64,000 nt of DNA from positions 1,738 through 65,737 of IMG/VR virus record IMGVR_UViG_3300017788_001950; one strand, 5' to 3'. Position 1 is the stretch's first letter, and the number at the start of each line of letters is the position of its first letter. Source of the stretch: a virus. Taxonomy: Duplodnaviria > Caudoviricetes. Of the stretch, positions 30,477 to 40,428 are shown one piece after another. The position numbers and the translations under genes are program-made. The notes under the pieces are model-generated. The model searched no databases and had not been told where the DNA came from. It saw only the letters and a list, made by a program, of their open reading frames with translations.

Positions 30477-31645
30477 ATGATGCCCTTCAAAGCCTCGGTG
30501 TAGTGTTTAGCAATGGCCTCAAAGCTGTATTCCTTCTTGAGAATCTTGGAGAGATCCTTTGCCCACACTGTTGGCAAGCTAGGACTTTCCACAAACTTCT
30601 TGAGCTTGCGCTTTGCGTCATCCTCCGAGACTCGGCCCCACTGGAAACCCTGCTGGAAGATTTGACCGTCGATTCTGGACTCATGTACCGGAGCCAGTGT
30701 GGTGTCCACCTTAATGTACTTACCCCGACCCAGGAACTCTGTGTGAGCCGACCACCCGGAGGCGATTACAGGAAGGCCAGAAGCAGCCGCCTCAAGGATT
30801 GGGAGACCAAAGCCCTCACCCCTGGTGAGAGCAACCATGGCCTTAAGGGTTGGATTACGATACAGGCCTGCCACTTCTTCATCCGTCATATCGCCGTGAA
30901 GGAGGTAGAAGCGTGGACTCGAGGTCTTCTGAACCTCGGTAAGAAGCTGGCTAAGAACCTGCTGGGTCTTAAGACGATCGATGGTGGTATTTCTACCCAT
31001 GTTCGTCTTGATGACTACGCCTACATTTGGAGAATCCTTGAACTGCTCCGCAAGCCACTTACAGGTGTAGAAAAGATTCTTGCGATCGTTTTCCGGGTTG
31101 TTACCAGTGATCTGTCCAAAGACCAGGAAGTTGAAGTCAGTGGTAGCTTCCGTGAGAGGAAAGGGCTTAATGTCCTCTCGGAGGATGGCATCCACAAAGC
31201 TTTCTGGAACCACCTTGATTTCCTTCTTGAGAACCTTGCCGTCTCCTGTCAGAACGCCCTTCACAAACTCCGAGGGAGCAATGATGAGGTCCATACGGTT
31301 GCATGCATTGATCCATTCTGGATTACACCGATCAGCCTCCACAGCAGCCGTTAGGCCCACGTTGAAGTCTGCCAAAAATGGGTTCCACTCATTTGGAAGC
31401 TGCAACTGTAGGGAAACGTCATACTTCGGCTTCTGTATGCTGTGTTGGATGATGCGACCAATCAAACCCCCGTGGGAGTCAGGATCGGTAAGCCATGGCG
31501 TGTCACCCCACCTGAGAGGCTCCGTTACTACCTCAATATCTCCACGACTGTCGGCTAGGTCAAATAGCCAACGAGCAATCTGCCTGGCATGAACTCCATA
31601 ACCGGATTGAGTCAAGAGAGGTGCTCTAAGAATAACGCTTTTCAC
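30473..31645 (-). CDS. Glycosyltransferase, GT-B (GT4-like)
   Basis: SGYGVHAR; RKN; EGFGLPILEAAASGLPVI. Confidence 0.9.
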   Translation of the reverse strand: MKSVILRAPLLTQSGYGVHARQIARWLFDLADSRGDIEVVTEPLRWGDTPWLTDPDSHGGLIGRIIQHSIQKPKYDVSLQLQLPNEWNPFLADFNVGLTAAVEADRCNPEWINACNRMDLIIAPSEFVKGVLTGDGKVLKKEIKVVPESFVDAILREDIKPFPLTEATTDFNFLVFGQITGNNPENDRKNLFYTCKWLAEQFKDSPNVGVVIKTNMGRNTTIDRLKTQQVLSQLLTEVQKTSSPRFYLLHGDMTDEEVAGLYRNPTLKAMVALTRGEGFGLPILEAAASGLPVIASGWSAHTEFLGRGKYIKVDTTLAPVHESRIDGQIFQQGFQWGRVSEDDAKRKLKKFVESPSLPTVWAKDLSKILKKEYSFEAIAKHYTEALKGII

Positions 31646-31647
31646 TA

Positions 31648-33144
31648 TCAGGCCTTCTTTCTTTCGATTTTCGTAACCTTGACTTTGCTCAGAATCTTCT
31701 TATCCTCGTGGGGAATCACAGGCTCCACAGTATTCTGAACGCTTGGAACAACCATTGCTGGAGGCTGGTTCGAGGCAGCCGCATTCTTCCTGTCTTCTGC
31801 AAGGGCATTAACCGTCTTTGGAACGCCTGGCGAGAGTGGGAATAGCTTGGCCATGGAAGATTTGTTGGTCTTGAAGTTTTCGATGGTCGCAAGCATGGTT
31901 CTGTCCCACTCGCTAATCATCTTGTCAAAGGAGAACTCGTGGTCGCAGTAGGCCATGACCTTCGTCTTCATCTCGGCCTTCTGCTCTGGAGTCATCTCGT
32001 AAATCTTCATAAGAGCCTCAGACACCTGAGTCTCTGTGCAAAGGTCCTCATAGATGTAAGGAACAAGCTGAGAGCCCACAAGGGAACGCTTGATTGGCTG
32101 AATGGCTGCTCCGTGCTCCGAACCATCTCTGTAGTCGATAACCTGGCGAGTCATGCCGCCAGTGCACAAAGCCACAATGGGCTTGCCAACCATCATGCTA
32201 ATCATTGTGGACAGACCGAAGCCCTCATTCTTGGAAATGTTGATGCAGGTATCCGTGATATTGTGCATGAGGTTCATCTGCTCGAACTGTAGCTTTTCGG
32301 TGGAGAACCACACGTTGTTGCCTAGGCCAAGCTCCTCACTAAGGGCCAAGAGATTTGGACCCTCTGGATCACCAGGATCGGTGTGCATGATTAGGGTGGC
32401 ATTGCGATGGCCATGCTTTGCCTCTAGGTCCTCAAGAAAGACCTTCCAAGCCAACAGAAGGTCGGCTGGCATCTTTCTCGTGGCATTCCTGTTAACCCAC
32501 AGAACCTGGAACCAATCGGCACGGAGACCGTAATTCTGCTTACGGGCCAGAGCAACCTGATCCTCAGGGATTGGGAAATAGATGCTCTTAGGGAATGCGT
32601 GAGGAATGTAGTTGGTCTTATCCGGGAAAGCGGTCTTGACCATTTCGAAAGTCTTGTAGGACAGACAGTTAATCAGGTCCGTGCCCTCGTACCATGGGTA
32701 GTTGAACCTTGGATATGGGTCATTGTCCCAAACGTGCCAATACACAATTGGGCAGACTTGACGAATTTCGTCTTCCATCTCCCAAACCCACATGAACTGC
32801 CTTGGATCGGTGAAGAGGAAAATCGCATCTGGCTTCTCTGTGAGAAGGATGCTGCGAATCATCTCCTTGTTTCCGAAACCGTCCACCGGCTTCACAATGA
32901 AATCGGGATTGACAGCCACGGTGTCATAGTTGGCGTGCTTAATAGCTCCACCAAGACAACGAAACGACCATCTGCCGGTCTGGATTAGACCCTCAATCAG
33001 GAAGCGAGCCTGGACACCAACACCGCTAGGTGCCAAGGGGTGATCTGACAACATGAGGACCTTTTGCTTCTTTTGTGGCTTCACAAAAAGGTCGTCATCA
33101 GACAGCAATTCTGTATCGTTTGATACTAGCAACGATTCTACCAT
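31648..33144 (-). CDS. Glycosyltransferase, GT-B (GT4-like)
   Basis: PSGVG; NRNATRK; NEGFGLSTMISMMVGKPIV. Confidence 0.9.
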   Translation of the reverse strand: MVESLLVSNDTELLSDDDLFVKPQKKQKVLMLSDHPLAPSGVGVQARFLIEGLIQTGRWSFRCLGGAIKHANYDTVAVNPDFIVKPVDGFGNKEMIRSILLTEKPDAIFLFTDPRQFMWVWEMEDEIRQVCPIVYWHVWDNDPYPRFNYPWYEGTDLINCLSYKTFEMVKTAFPDKTNYIPHAFPKSIYFPIPEDQVALARKQNYGLRADWFQVLWVNRNATRKMPADLLLAWKVFLEDLEAKHGHRNATLIMHTDPGDPEGPNLLALSEELGLGNNVWFSTEKLQFEQMNLMHNITDTCINISKNEGFGLSTMISMMVGKPIVALCTGGMTRQVIDYRDGSEHGAAIQPIKRSLVGSQLVPYIYEDLCTETQVSEALMKIYEMTPEQKAEMKTKVMAYCDHEFSFDKMISEWDRTMLATIENFKTNKSSMAKLFPLSPGVPKTVNALAEDRKNAAASNQPPAMVVPSVQNTVEPVIPHEDKKILSKVKVTKIERKKA

Positions 33145-33217
33145 GTTCTTCTCTTTCCCTATGTGTTAGTGGAACGTAACAATATTCGAGGAAAACCTCG
33201 GATTGTGCAAAGGAAGG

Positions 33218-34207
33218 CTATAACGCCAGCTCTTTTTCGAAGTCGGCCTCGAACATCAATTTGGCCAAATCCTTAAACGTCACGCTAGGAGCCCAGCCCA
33301 GTTTTTCCTTGGCCTTGGCGTAGTCGCCCTTAAGGAGAGGAACCTCATGGGGACGAAAAAGCCTTTCGTTGATAACAAGGTGGTCATCGACCCTTAGGCC
33401 TGCCAACTTGAAAACCTCCTCAAGGAACTCACGAACAGAGTGTGTCTCACCAGTAGCAAGAACATAGTCGTCCGGCTTGTCCTGTTGAAGCATCTGCCAC
33501 ATGCCCCTGGTGTAATCAGGTGCCCAACCCCAATCTCTCATGGCCTCGAGATTTCCCAACTCAAGATTAGCCTGCATTCCAAGCTTAATTCGGGCGGCTG
33601 CCTGAGTGATCTTGCGAGTCACGAAAGTCTCACCTCGCCTTGGTCCCTCGTGGTTGAAAAGAATGCCACAGGAAATGTGAAGTCCGTAGCCCTCACGGTA
33701 GGTTCTGCACAGATTGTGTGCACACAGCTTTGCTGCCGCATAGGGACTGACAGGCGTCATCTTAGTTTCCTCGTTTTGAGGAATGGCCACGTTGTCTCCG
33801 AACATTTCAGATGATGAGGCTTGATAGAAGCGGGCCTTTGGCACGACTTCCTTATAGGCATTGAGAAGCCTTAGAGTACCACCCGCAACAACATCCATAG
33901 TTTCCTCTGGAACCTCAAAGGATACCTTAACGTGGGATTGTGCGGCCAGATTATAGATTTCGTCTGGCTTCCACTTATTGAGGATTCGCCAAAGGCTGTA
34001 ACCATCAGACATGTTGCCCCACTCGGTGTAAAAGCGGGGATTGGTGTAAATGTGCTCTACTCTGGCGGTATTGAAGGCACTGGTCCTTCTTCGAAGGCCA
34101 ACAACGCTCTTGTAACCCATTTCGAGCAATTGCTCTGCAAGGTGAGAACCATCTTGACCAGTGACGCCCGTTATGAATGCAACACGCTCACCGATTGGTT
34201 TAGACAT
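33218..34207 (-). CDS. gmd: GDP-mannose 4,6-dehydratase
   Basis: ITGVTGQDGSHL, YNLAAQSHVKVSF, YQASSSEMFG, SPYAAAK, LFNHEGPRRGETFVTRKIT. Confidence 0.95.
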   Translation of the reverse strand: MSKPIGERVAFITGVTGQDGSHLAEQLLEMGYKSVVGLRRRTSAFNTARVEHIYTNPRFYTEWGNMSDGYSLWRILNKWKPDEIYNLAAQSHVKVSFEVPEETMDVVAGGTLRLLNAYKEVVPKARFYQASSSEMFGDNVAIPQNEETKMTPVSPYAAAKLCAHNLCRTYREGYGLHISCGILFNHEGPRRGETFVTRKITQAAARIKLGMQANLELGNLEAMRDWGWAPDYTRGMWQMLQQDKPDDYVLATGETHSVREFLEEVFKLAGLRVDDHLVINERLFRPHEVPLLKGDYAKAKEKLGWAPSVTFKDLAKLMFEADFEKELAL

Positions 34208-34241
34208 GACCTAAGCATAGTGATCCCTGAATGTTTGTTTA

Positions 34242-35198
34242 TCAGCGGTTTACGCCACGAACATTCGGGTAATTTTCCATAAACCATTGGCAGGTCTTTT
34301 TGAGGCCCTCAGCAAATGGTGTGTAGTCCGTGGCTTTCCAGCTAGTCATACTGAGCAATCTTACGTTGGTAGATGGCTTGCGGAATTGGCCTACTGGAGC
34401 AGACTCATCAAAAACAAGCTCTCCTGTGTACCCAAGGTACTTTGCAAGGAGTCGAGCCACGTCCCCGATGGACTGTTCCTCGGAGACCCCAATGTTTAGT
34501 GGCATGTCATCATCATATTCCTTGGAGACCACGACCAAGATTCTTGCAATGTCCTCAGCATACGTGAACTCCCGGAGCTGTTTGCCATTTCCCCAAATAG
34601 TAACAGTGGGCTGATTGAAAAGTCTGGCTTCCCAAATCCTTCGCATCAGAGATGGAATGACATGCCCATTAATCAGATCGAAGTTGTCGTGCTCGCCGTA
34701 AATGTTGTTGGGAATGACAGTGACATACTTGAGCCCGTGCTGTTTCCTAATGGCCCTTGTGTATACGTCAAGCATTCTCTTTGCAAAGGCATAGCCGAAA
34801 TTGCTGGGATGAGGAGGACCGGCATGAAGCTGTTCCTCGCTAAGGGGCCACTTAACAAAGGGGGCATCTGGATACACACAGGTTGACAAAACCGACACCA
34901 CCCTTGGCACCCACGCCTTAACACAGCCATTGAGAATGGTGGCGTTCATCACTGCATTGTCATGATAGAAGTCAGCCAATCCCTCTGAGTTTGCCACAAG
35001 GCCACCTACACGGGCAGCCAAGTGATAGACCACATCAGGAGACGCATCTAGCAGACAGGCCTTGGTTTGCCCATGATCACGGAAGTCACGACGCTTACTT
35101 GAGGGAGCCTCAAAAGGAACCTGTTGCTCAGTGAGCACCCTTGAGAGGGCATTTCCAAGCATACCAGAACCCCCGGTTATCAGGGCCTTTTCGGTCAT
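34242..35198 (-). CDS. fcl: GDP-L-fucose synthase
   Basis: HLAARVGG, LSTCVYP, GYAFAKR, PNNIYG, HVIPSL, WGNGKQLREF; adjacent to gmd. Confidence 0.9.
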   Translation of the reverse strand: MTEKALITGGSGMLGNALSRVLTEQQVPFEAPSSKRRDFRDHGQTKACLLDASPDVVYHLAARVGGLVANSEGLADFYHDNAVMNATILNGCVKAWVPRVVSVLSTCVYPDAPFVKWPLSEEQLHAGPPHPSNFGYAFAKRMLDVYTRAIRKQHGLKYVTVIPNNIYGEHDNFDLINGHVIPSLMRRIWEARLFNQPTVTIWGNGKQLREFTYAEDIARILVVVSKEYDDDMPLNIGVSEEQSIGDVARLLAKYLGYTGELVFDESAPVGQFRKPSTNVRLLSMTSWKATDYTPFAEGLKKTCQWFMENYPNVRGVNR

Positions 35199-36190
35199 TT
35201 CTTGCTCTGTTCGTTAATCCAGTGATATGTCTTGGCGAGGCCGACCTCAAGGGGCTCCGAAACCTTCCATCCCATCTTCTCTTCAAATAGAGTATTATCA
35301 GACCTGCGTCCCATAACACCAATCGGACCAGGAATGTGGTTAAGCCGAATGTCCTTACCGGCAATCTTGGAGATCATCTCAGCAAACTGGTTAATGCTGA
35401 CCATCTCCTCAGAACCGATGTTCACGGGACCAAGGAAATCCGACTCCATGAAACGCTCCACTGCCTTGAGACACTCATCGATGTAGAGGAAGCTTCTCGT
35501 CTGCTTACCGTCTCCCCAGACCTCAATGGAGTCGCTGTTCTTGGCCATTGCAATCTTGCGACACAGGGCCGCAGGAGCCTTTTCCTTGCCGTTATTCCAG
35601 GCACCCTCAGGACCGAAGATATTGTGGAACCTGGCAATCCTTACGTCCAGCCCATAGTTGCGATTGTAGGAGAGATACACACGCTCACTGAACAGCTTCT
35701 CCCACCCATACTCCGAGTCTGGATTGGCTGGATAGGCACTGGACTCAACACAGTTGGGGTTATTTGGGTCTTCCTGATTGTGGGCAGGATACATGCAGGC
35801 ACTGGAACTGTAGAAAATCTTGGGCTTCTTGGCGCATTGCACAGCAGCCCGAACCACGTTTAGGTTAATGAGAGCCGAGCTGCTCATAACATCGGCATCG
35901 TGTTCCCCGGTGAAGATATAGCCAGCCCCGCCCATATCTGCGGCCAACTGGTAAATCTCGTCAAAGCACTCCTCCTCAGGAGCGAAGCGGTTGATCACCT
36001 TGTCAACGAAAAACTGGAAACGGAGATCGCCCTTGACAAAATCGTCAATCTGGTTGCCAAGGTCCGTGTACTCATGGAGCTTAATGTCCACGCCACGAAC
36101 CCAACAGCCTTCCTTTTTCAGCTTTCTTGCAAGGTGTCCACCGATGAACCCACCTGCACCAAGGACCAATACTCTCTTCTGTTTTGTCAT
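35195..36190 (-). CDS. GDP-mannose 3,5-epimerase-like NAD-dependent epimerase
   Basis: GAGGFIG, QLAADMGGAGYI, YSSSACMYP, YGWEKL, RFHNIFGP, EKAPAALCRK are GME-family motifs. Confidence 0.85.
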   Translation of the reverse strand: MTKQKRVLVLGAGGFIGGHLARKLKKEGCWVRGVDIKLHEYTDLGNQIDDFVKGDLRFQFFVDKVINRFAPEEECFDEIYQLAADMGGAGYIFTGEHDADVMSSSALINLNVVRAAVQCAKKPKIFYSSSACMYPAHNQEDPNNPNCVESSAYPANPDSEYGWEKLFSERVYLSYNRNYGLDVRIARFHNIFGPEGAWNNGKEKAPAALCRKIAMAKNSDSIEVWGDGKQTRSFLYIDECLKAVERFMESDFLGPVNIGSEEMVSINQFAEMISKIAGKDIRLNHIPGPIGVMGRRSDNTLFEEKMGWKVSEPLEVGLAKTYHWINEQSKK

Positions 36191-37041
36191 TTGCTGTGCT
36201 CTTTCATTTCGTCCATGACCAATCGAAGACCTTGACTAAGGCTAGTGGTCGGCTGCCAAATGTTCAGAATGTAAGGGTCTGGCTCATTTCGCTTATCCAA
36301 CTGCACCGAGTCAATGGCCTTGGCAGGCACAACCTTTACACCGCCTCCGACCATATCGGCAATGAGGTCAGCGACCTCCTTTACAGAGGACCACTGGAAG
36401 TTGGTGATGTGGTATTCCTTGTCCCTTGGAAGAATCGAGTAAAGTTCTGAAACCCTGAGCAAGGCACGAGCACAGTCCTCAGCATAAAGGAACTGCCTGA
36501 CCTCCTGACCAGAGGTCATCATGTCAATGACACCAGTCTTTTGGGCCTTGAGAATGAAGTCTGTGATCACATGGGACTTGTTGAGGTCACGCTCATAGCC
36601 ATAGACGTTCCAGAACTTCACGACAATCCCATTTAGGGTTCTCGTGTAACACTCACCAATTGCCTTTGCCACTCCATAAGGGGAATAGGACATGTTGGAC
36701 ATTTGGCTGCTAGCAAAGACAAAGGGTTTATTCCTTCTTTGAAGCTCCTCGAACACGTTGTACATAATGCCGACATTGTTGTGAAGGAAGTCGAAGGTGT
36801 GCTGGTACTTGGACAAATAGACAGAGCCACCCACATCGAAGGCAAGAAAGAAAACGAAATCGGCTTCCTCGATTTTCTTGGACCAGTGTTCAGGGTGAAT
36901 TTCCAAATCAGGTTGACGCAAGTCCTGAGTCTCAGGTGAATTGACGATATCAACCTCCAACACCTCATGTCCTTGTTTTTGCAAGAATGCCGTTAGGGGC
37001 GCACCAATCTGTCCTGCTGATCCTAGTATGAGATACTTCAC
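36187..37041 (-). CDS. NAD-dependent sugar epimerase/reductase (extended SDR)
   Basis: GSAGQIG, FLAFDVGGS, YGVAK, FWNVYG. Confidence 0.8.
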   Translation of the reverse strand: MKYLILGSAGQIGAPLTAFLQKQGHEVLEVDIVNSPETQDLRQPDLEIHPEHWSKKIEEADFVFFLAFDVGGSVYLSKYQHTFDFLHNNVGIMYNVFEELQRRNKPFVFASSQMSNMSYSPYGVAKAIGECYTRTLNGIVVKFWNVYGYERDLNKSHVITDFILKAQKTGVIDMMTSGQEVRQFLYAEDCARALLRVSELYSILPRDKEYHITNFQWSSVKEVADLIADMVGGGVKVVPAKAIDSVQLDKRNEPDPYILNIWQPTTSLSQGLRLVMDEMKEHSK

Positions 37042-37045
37042 AGGT

Positions 37046-37663
37046 TCATCTCCTTACTGCCGAAAAAGCCTTACGAGCCCCTGCTGGGGAGTCCAGGCCC
37101 GGACCATAGAAGTCAAAGGTCCAATCTGGAAACTGCGACTGCCACCATTCCTCGGTTCGAATGTGCCAAAGGTGAGAGTGGAACTCACATCCAAAGCACT
37201 CCGAAAAAGACAAGGCAGAACCACTCTTTGCCACTACGTTAATCTGTCTCGCAATCTCAATCACGTCGGAATCATCGAGGTGACTGAGAACGCAGAAGCA
37301 GTTGAAGATTGCCGGTCCTGATAGTTGAAGCTTGTCAATGGCATCCTGGGCAAAGGCGTTAATCCAAGAAACTTTCTGGTTCTCGGGGTAGATTTTCTTG
37401 GCAATCTCCAGAGCAGCCGCACTTGGCTCAATGGCAAAAACCTTGTCCATGGTTTGGCTCATAAGGTTGGCAACCCAACCAGAACCGCAACCAATGTCCA
37501 CGCCTATCTTGATTTTTGGATGAGCATCCAGGAGCTTGCCCAAGGGGGCATCCTGGTTGTACTGCACTCGATTTGCAGTATTGTGCTCGTGCCCGGCCTT
37601 TTCGTATTCGAACTTGCCGTTCGAGACGTATTCGGAGTTGTGGGCCTCATAGCTGTTTGTCAT
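37046..37663 (-). CDS. Class I SAM-dependent methyltransferase
   Basis: VDIGCGSG, AIEPS. Confidence 0.85.
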   Translation of the reverse strand: MTNSYEAHNSEYVSNGKFEYEKAGHEHNTANRVQYNQDAPLGKLLDAHPKIKIGVDIGCGSGWVANLMSQTMDKVFAIEPSAAALEIAKKIYPENQKVSWINAFAQDAIDKLQLSGPAIFNCFCVLSHLDDSDVIEIARQINVVAKSGSALSFSECFGCEFHSHLWHIRTEEWWQSQFPDWTFDFYGPGLDSPAGARKAFSAVRR

Positions 37664-38841
37664 TCGTTAATCCAATCCTCAAGGTAAGGCTCATAGGTCT
37701 CGGGATTGCTGTAGTGACCGCTTACCTTAACCTTTTGAACCATTTCCTCATAGAGCTTCACAAACTTGTTGATATTGGACTTGAGGTCATAGAGATCCGT
37801 GAATCTCTTTCTGGCAATGTTACCAAGCCATTCCCTGAAATCCTTGTTGTCCCTGAAATTCATGATCTCGTAAATGTAGCTGTCAAAGTGACCGTGCACG
37901 AAACCTGCATTGCCAATTGTCTCCACATGGCCGTTGGCAGTCTGACCGAAGTGGGAAATAACTGGCTTACCAAAGGCCATGGCCTCTGCGATGGATTGTG
38001 AGTTAACCTCTCCGTCCATTCTGCCATGAAGGTAAACGTCCAAGGTGTTGAGGAACTTGTAAACGTCTTTCATGTTGCTAGAGAATGGGACGTGATGGAA
38101 GTTCTTAAGGCCAAGGGCCTTTGCCTGTGCCACATAGCGAGAGCTGCCACCTAGAAGAACGTAGGCCGTGTTCTCTGTCTCGGCCTCAGCATAGGCCCTA
38201 AGGGGCCAATCCGAGTAAATGCCATCATCGGCTCTCTGGTGCATACCAAAGACAACCTTATCACCAAGGCCCAGCTCCTTGCGGAGGTCAGACTTTGGAA
38301 GGGGCTTCGGCATGTGAATGGGAAGATAGATGACTCTGGACTTTGAGGCATCCCCGCCATTGGCAATCCACTGCGCCTCATTCCACTTACTGATGTGAAC
38401 CACGGCCGCAATGTTCATTTGCCTATCGGTCATACCAGTTAGGTGAATGCTGTCCACGATGGAGACCTTGGACATTTTGTAGAACGGATACTCAGAGTGA
38501 CCCGCCCTTCCAGTCTGGACAATGTCATAGTTCTCTTCCTTGAATTTATCCCAGAAATCCGTGTCAATCCAGTCATGAGTTGGGACGGTTACGTCCTTGT
38601 ACTTCACGTTGAACTTAATGAGGTTCACGTTGTGAGCCCGCATGTAGTCCAATCTCTCAGGATCGGTTGTCATGTGCTGGTAGTCCGAGCCAATGTATGG
38701 AGCAGCATCGCAGTAGAAATAATCCACTGCAAACTTGTCAGTCGGAAGATTGGCCGCCAACTGCTGTAGGAACTTCTCTGTTCCACCAGCCGAAAGACCT
38801 CCAAACTTAACGAAGGCAATCTTGATCTTATCCGAGGACAT
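37660..38841 (-). CDS. Glycosyltransferase, GT-B (GT4-like)
   Basis: GGTEK; GEVNSQSIAEAMAFGKPVI. Confidence 0.85.
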   Translation of the reverse strand: MSSDKIKIAFVKFGGLSAGGTEKFLQQLAANLPTDKFAVDYFYCDAAPYIGSDYQHMTTDPERLDYMRAHNVNLIKFNVKYKDVTVPTHDWIDTDFWDKFKEENYDIVQTGRAGHSEYPFYKMSKVSIVDSIHLTGMTDRQMNIAAVVHISKWNEAQWIANGGDASKSRVIYLPIHMPKPLPKSDLRKELGLGDKVVFGMHQRADDGIYSDWPLRAYAEAETENTAYVLLGGSSRYVAQAKALGLKNFHHVPFSSNMKDVYKFLNTLDVYLHGRMDGEVNSQSIAEAMAFGKPVISHFGQTANGHVETIGNAGFVHGHFDSYIYEIMNFRDNKDFREWLGNIARKRFTDLYDLKSNINKFVKLYEEMVQKVKVSGHYSNPETYEPYLEDWINE

Positions 38842-38845
38842 TCTC

Positions 38846-39493
38846 TTACCTCTTCCTCATCGTCATATAGAACGAGTTGGTGCAATTTCGAACCACAGTC
38901 TGGAACGGATAGGCCGAAACGTCTCTACCAGCCAGAAGCACCTCTTTCCAGAAAGCCTCAGGGAACACCGTCTGATGGAGGACATGGAGGTTTCCGTGCT
39001 CGTCCCTTCTGGTGTCTGGACCCATGTTAACAGAGGAAACGAAGATGCCATCTGGCTTGAGTTGGTCCAACACGTTGTCGAAGAAGGCAGGTAGGTCTTC
39101 TCGAGAAATGTGCTCCACGACTTCCCAGGCAGAGATAATGTCAAACAGAACTCTCTCCCCGTCCTCGTTCTCAATCCTCAGTGGTTTGGTAAGGTCGGCA
39201 GTCCACAGAACGTTCTTGTAGTAGCTTGGCCAGTTGTGGAGCCCGTGCTTAATATCATAGTCGGAGCCCTCCAGACCAATGGCATTGTGACCTCTGTTTG
39301 CAAAGTCCACAATGAGCTGGCCACCAGCGCACCCAATGTCCATCACGTTGATTTTACGGCCTCCGAAGTGCCTCTCCACTTCCTCGATGTAGGGAGCACT
39401 CGTGGAGTTGTCGTTCTTGGTTCCAACGGGGAAAATGTGATCCGGGGATTCCCAGGCCACAGGATGGTCAGTGATTACTTTCAGCTTGGTCAT
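38846..39493 (-). CDS. Class I SAM-dependent methyltransferase
   Basis: MDIGCAGG, FDIISAWEVVEHI, LKPDG. Confidence 0.85.
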   Translation of the reverse strand: MTKLKVITDHPVAWESPDHIFPVGTKNDNSTSAPYIEEVERHFGGRKINVMDIGCAGGQLIVDFANRGHNAIGLEGSDYDIKHGLHNWPSYYKNVLWTADLTKPLRIENEDGERVLFDIISAWEVVEHISREDLPAFFDNVLDQLKPDGIFVSSVNMGPDTRRDEHGNLHVLHQTVFPEAFWKEVLLAGRDVSAYPFQTVVRNCTNSFYMTMRKR

Positions 39494-40422
39494 TTCTTTG
39501 CTAGCTCCTCTTTGATGTACTCCTCCAAGGAGAGAGGAGCTGGAATCGTTCCCTTGGCCATTTGCATAAGGGCCCCAATGTCGGCAAGTGTGATCTGAGG
39601 TTCTTTCCTGGCGTCAATGTACTGAATGTTGTCCTCGTTGGGACAAATCCATCTGGCCACGGTGTTTAGCTCAAAGTTGCGCTGGGAACCGACATTGTAC
39701 ACGCTGAATCCCTTGGGTGCAAGAAACGCCCCTGCATAGTTTGCAGCAGCCACATTGTGCACATGGACGAAATCCCTGGTCTGCTTTCCGGTCCCGGTGA
39801 TTGTAAGCTTCTTGCCCTCACGAAACTGACGAAGCCAGATTCCAATAACGGGAACATAGGAGCCAACCTTGGGCTCTCTCGGACCATAGACGTTGAAGTA
39901 CCTAAGGCAGGTGATGGTCATGCCGTACAGGTCGCAAAACATCTTTGCGTACTGCTCCCCGTGGAGCTTTTGAAGGGCGTAGGGACTCATAGGGTCCAGA
40001 GGTACCGTCTCAGGAGTTGGATGGCACGGAGGCTCTCCATAAACCGAGGACGAGGAAGAAAACACCAATCTCTTAACTCCATTGACTCGGCAGGCCTGAA
40101 ACACGTTCAGGGTGCCAGTGGCGTTAATATCATTGGACCCAACGGGATCGACAATGGAAGGCTCAACCCTTGGGAGAGCCGCCAGGTGCCAAACGTGGGT
40201 AGCGCCCACGAGGTGTTTGGTAAGACTCCCAAGGTCACGAATGTCGCAATGTTCGAAGCGCACTCTCTTTTTGAGACCGTACCCATCCTCTAGATTATGC
40301 ATGAAACCTGTGGAGAGATTATCCAGTACAAGAATCTCATCCCAAAGGTGGTCTGAGTTGAGAACACTGTCAACGACATGGCTGCCGATGAAGCCAGCAC
40401 CACCAATTATCACGGCCTTCAT
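39490..40422 (-). CDS. NAD-dependent nucleotide-sugar epimerase (GalE/WbpP-like)
   Basis: GGAGFIGSH, DNLSTG, SSSSVYG, SPYALQK, LRYFNVYGPR. Confidence 0.9.
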   Translation of the reverse strand: MKAVIIGGAGFIGSHVVDSVLNSDHLWDEILVLDNLSTGFMHNLEDGYGLKKRVRFEHCDIRDLGSLTKHLVGATHVWHLAALPRVEPSIVDPVGSNDINATGTLNVFQACRVNGVKRLVFSSSSSVYGEPPCHPTPETVPLDPMSPYALQKLHGEQYAKMFCDLYGMTITCLRYFNVYGPREPKVGSYVPVIGIWLRQFREGKKLTITGTGKQTRDFVHVHNVAAANYAGAFLAPKGFSVYNVGSQRNFELNTVARWICPNEDNIQYIDARKEPQITLADIGALMQMAKGTIPAPLSLEEYIKEELAKK

Positions 40423-40428
40423 ATCTGC

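Noticed and set aside
30503-31354. Long plus-strand ORFs such as this one (also 1435..2208, 51631..52269)
   Set aside because: They lie fully antisense to well-supported genes and have no motifs.
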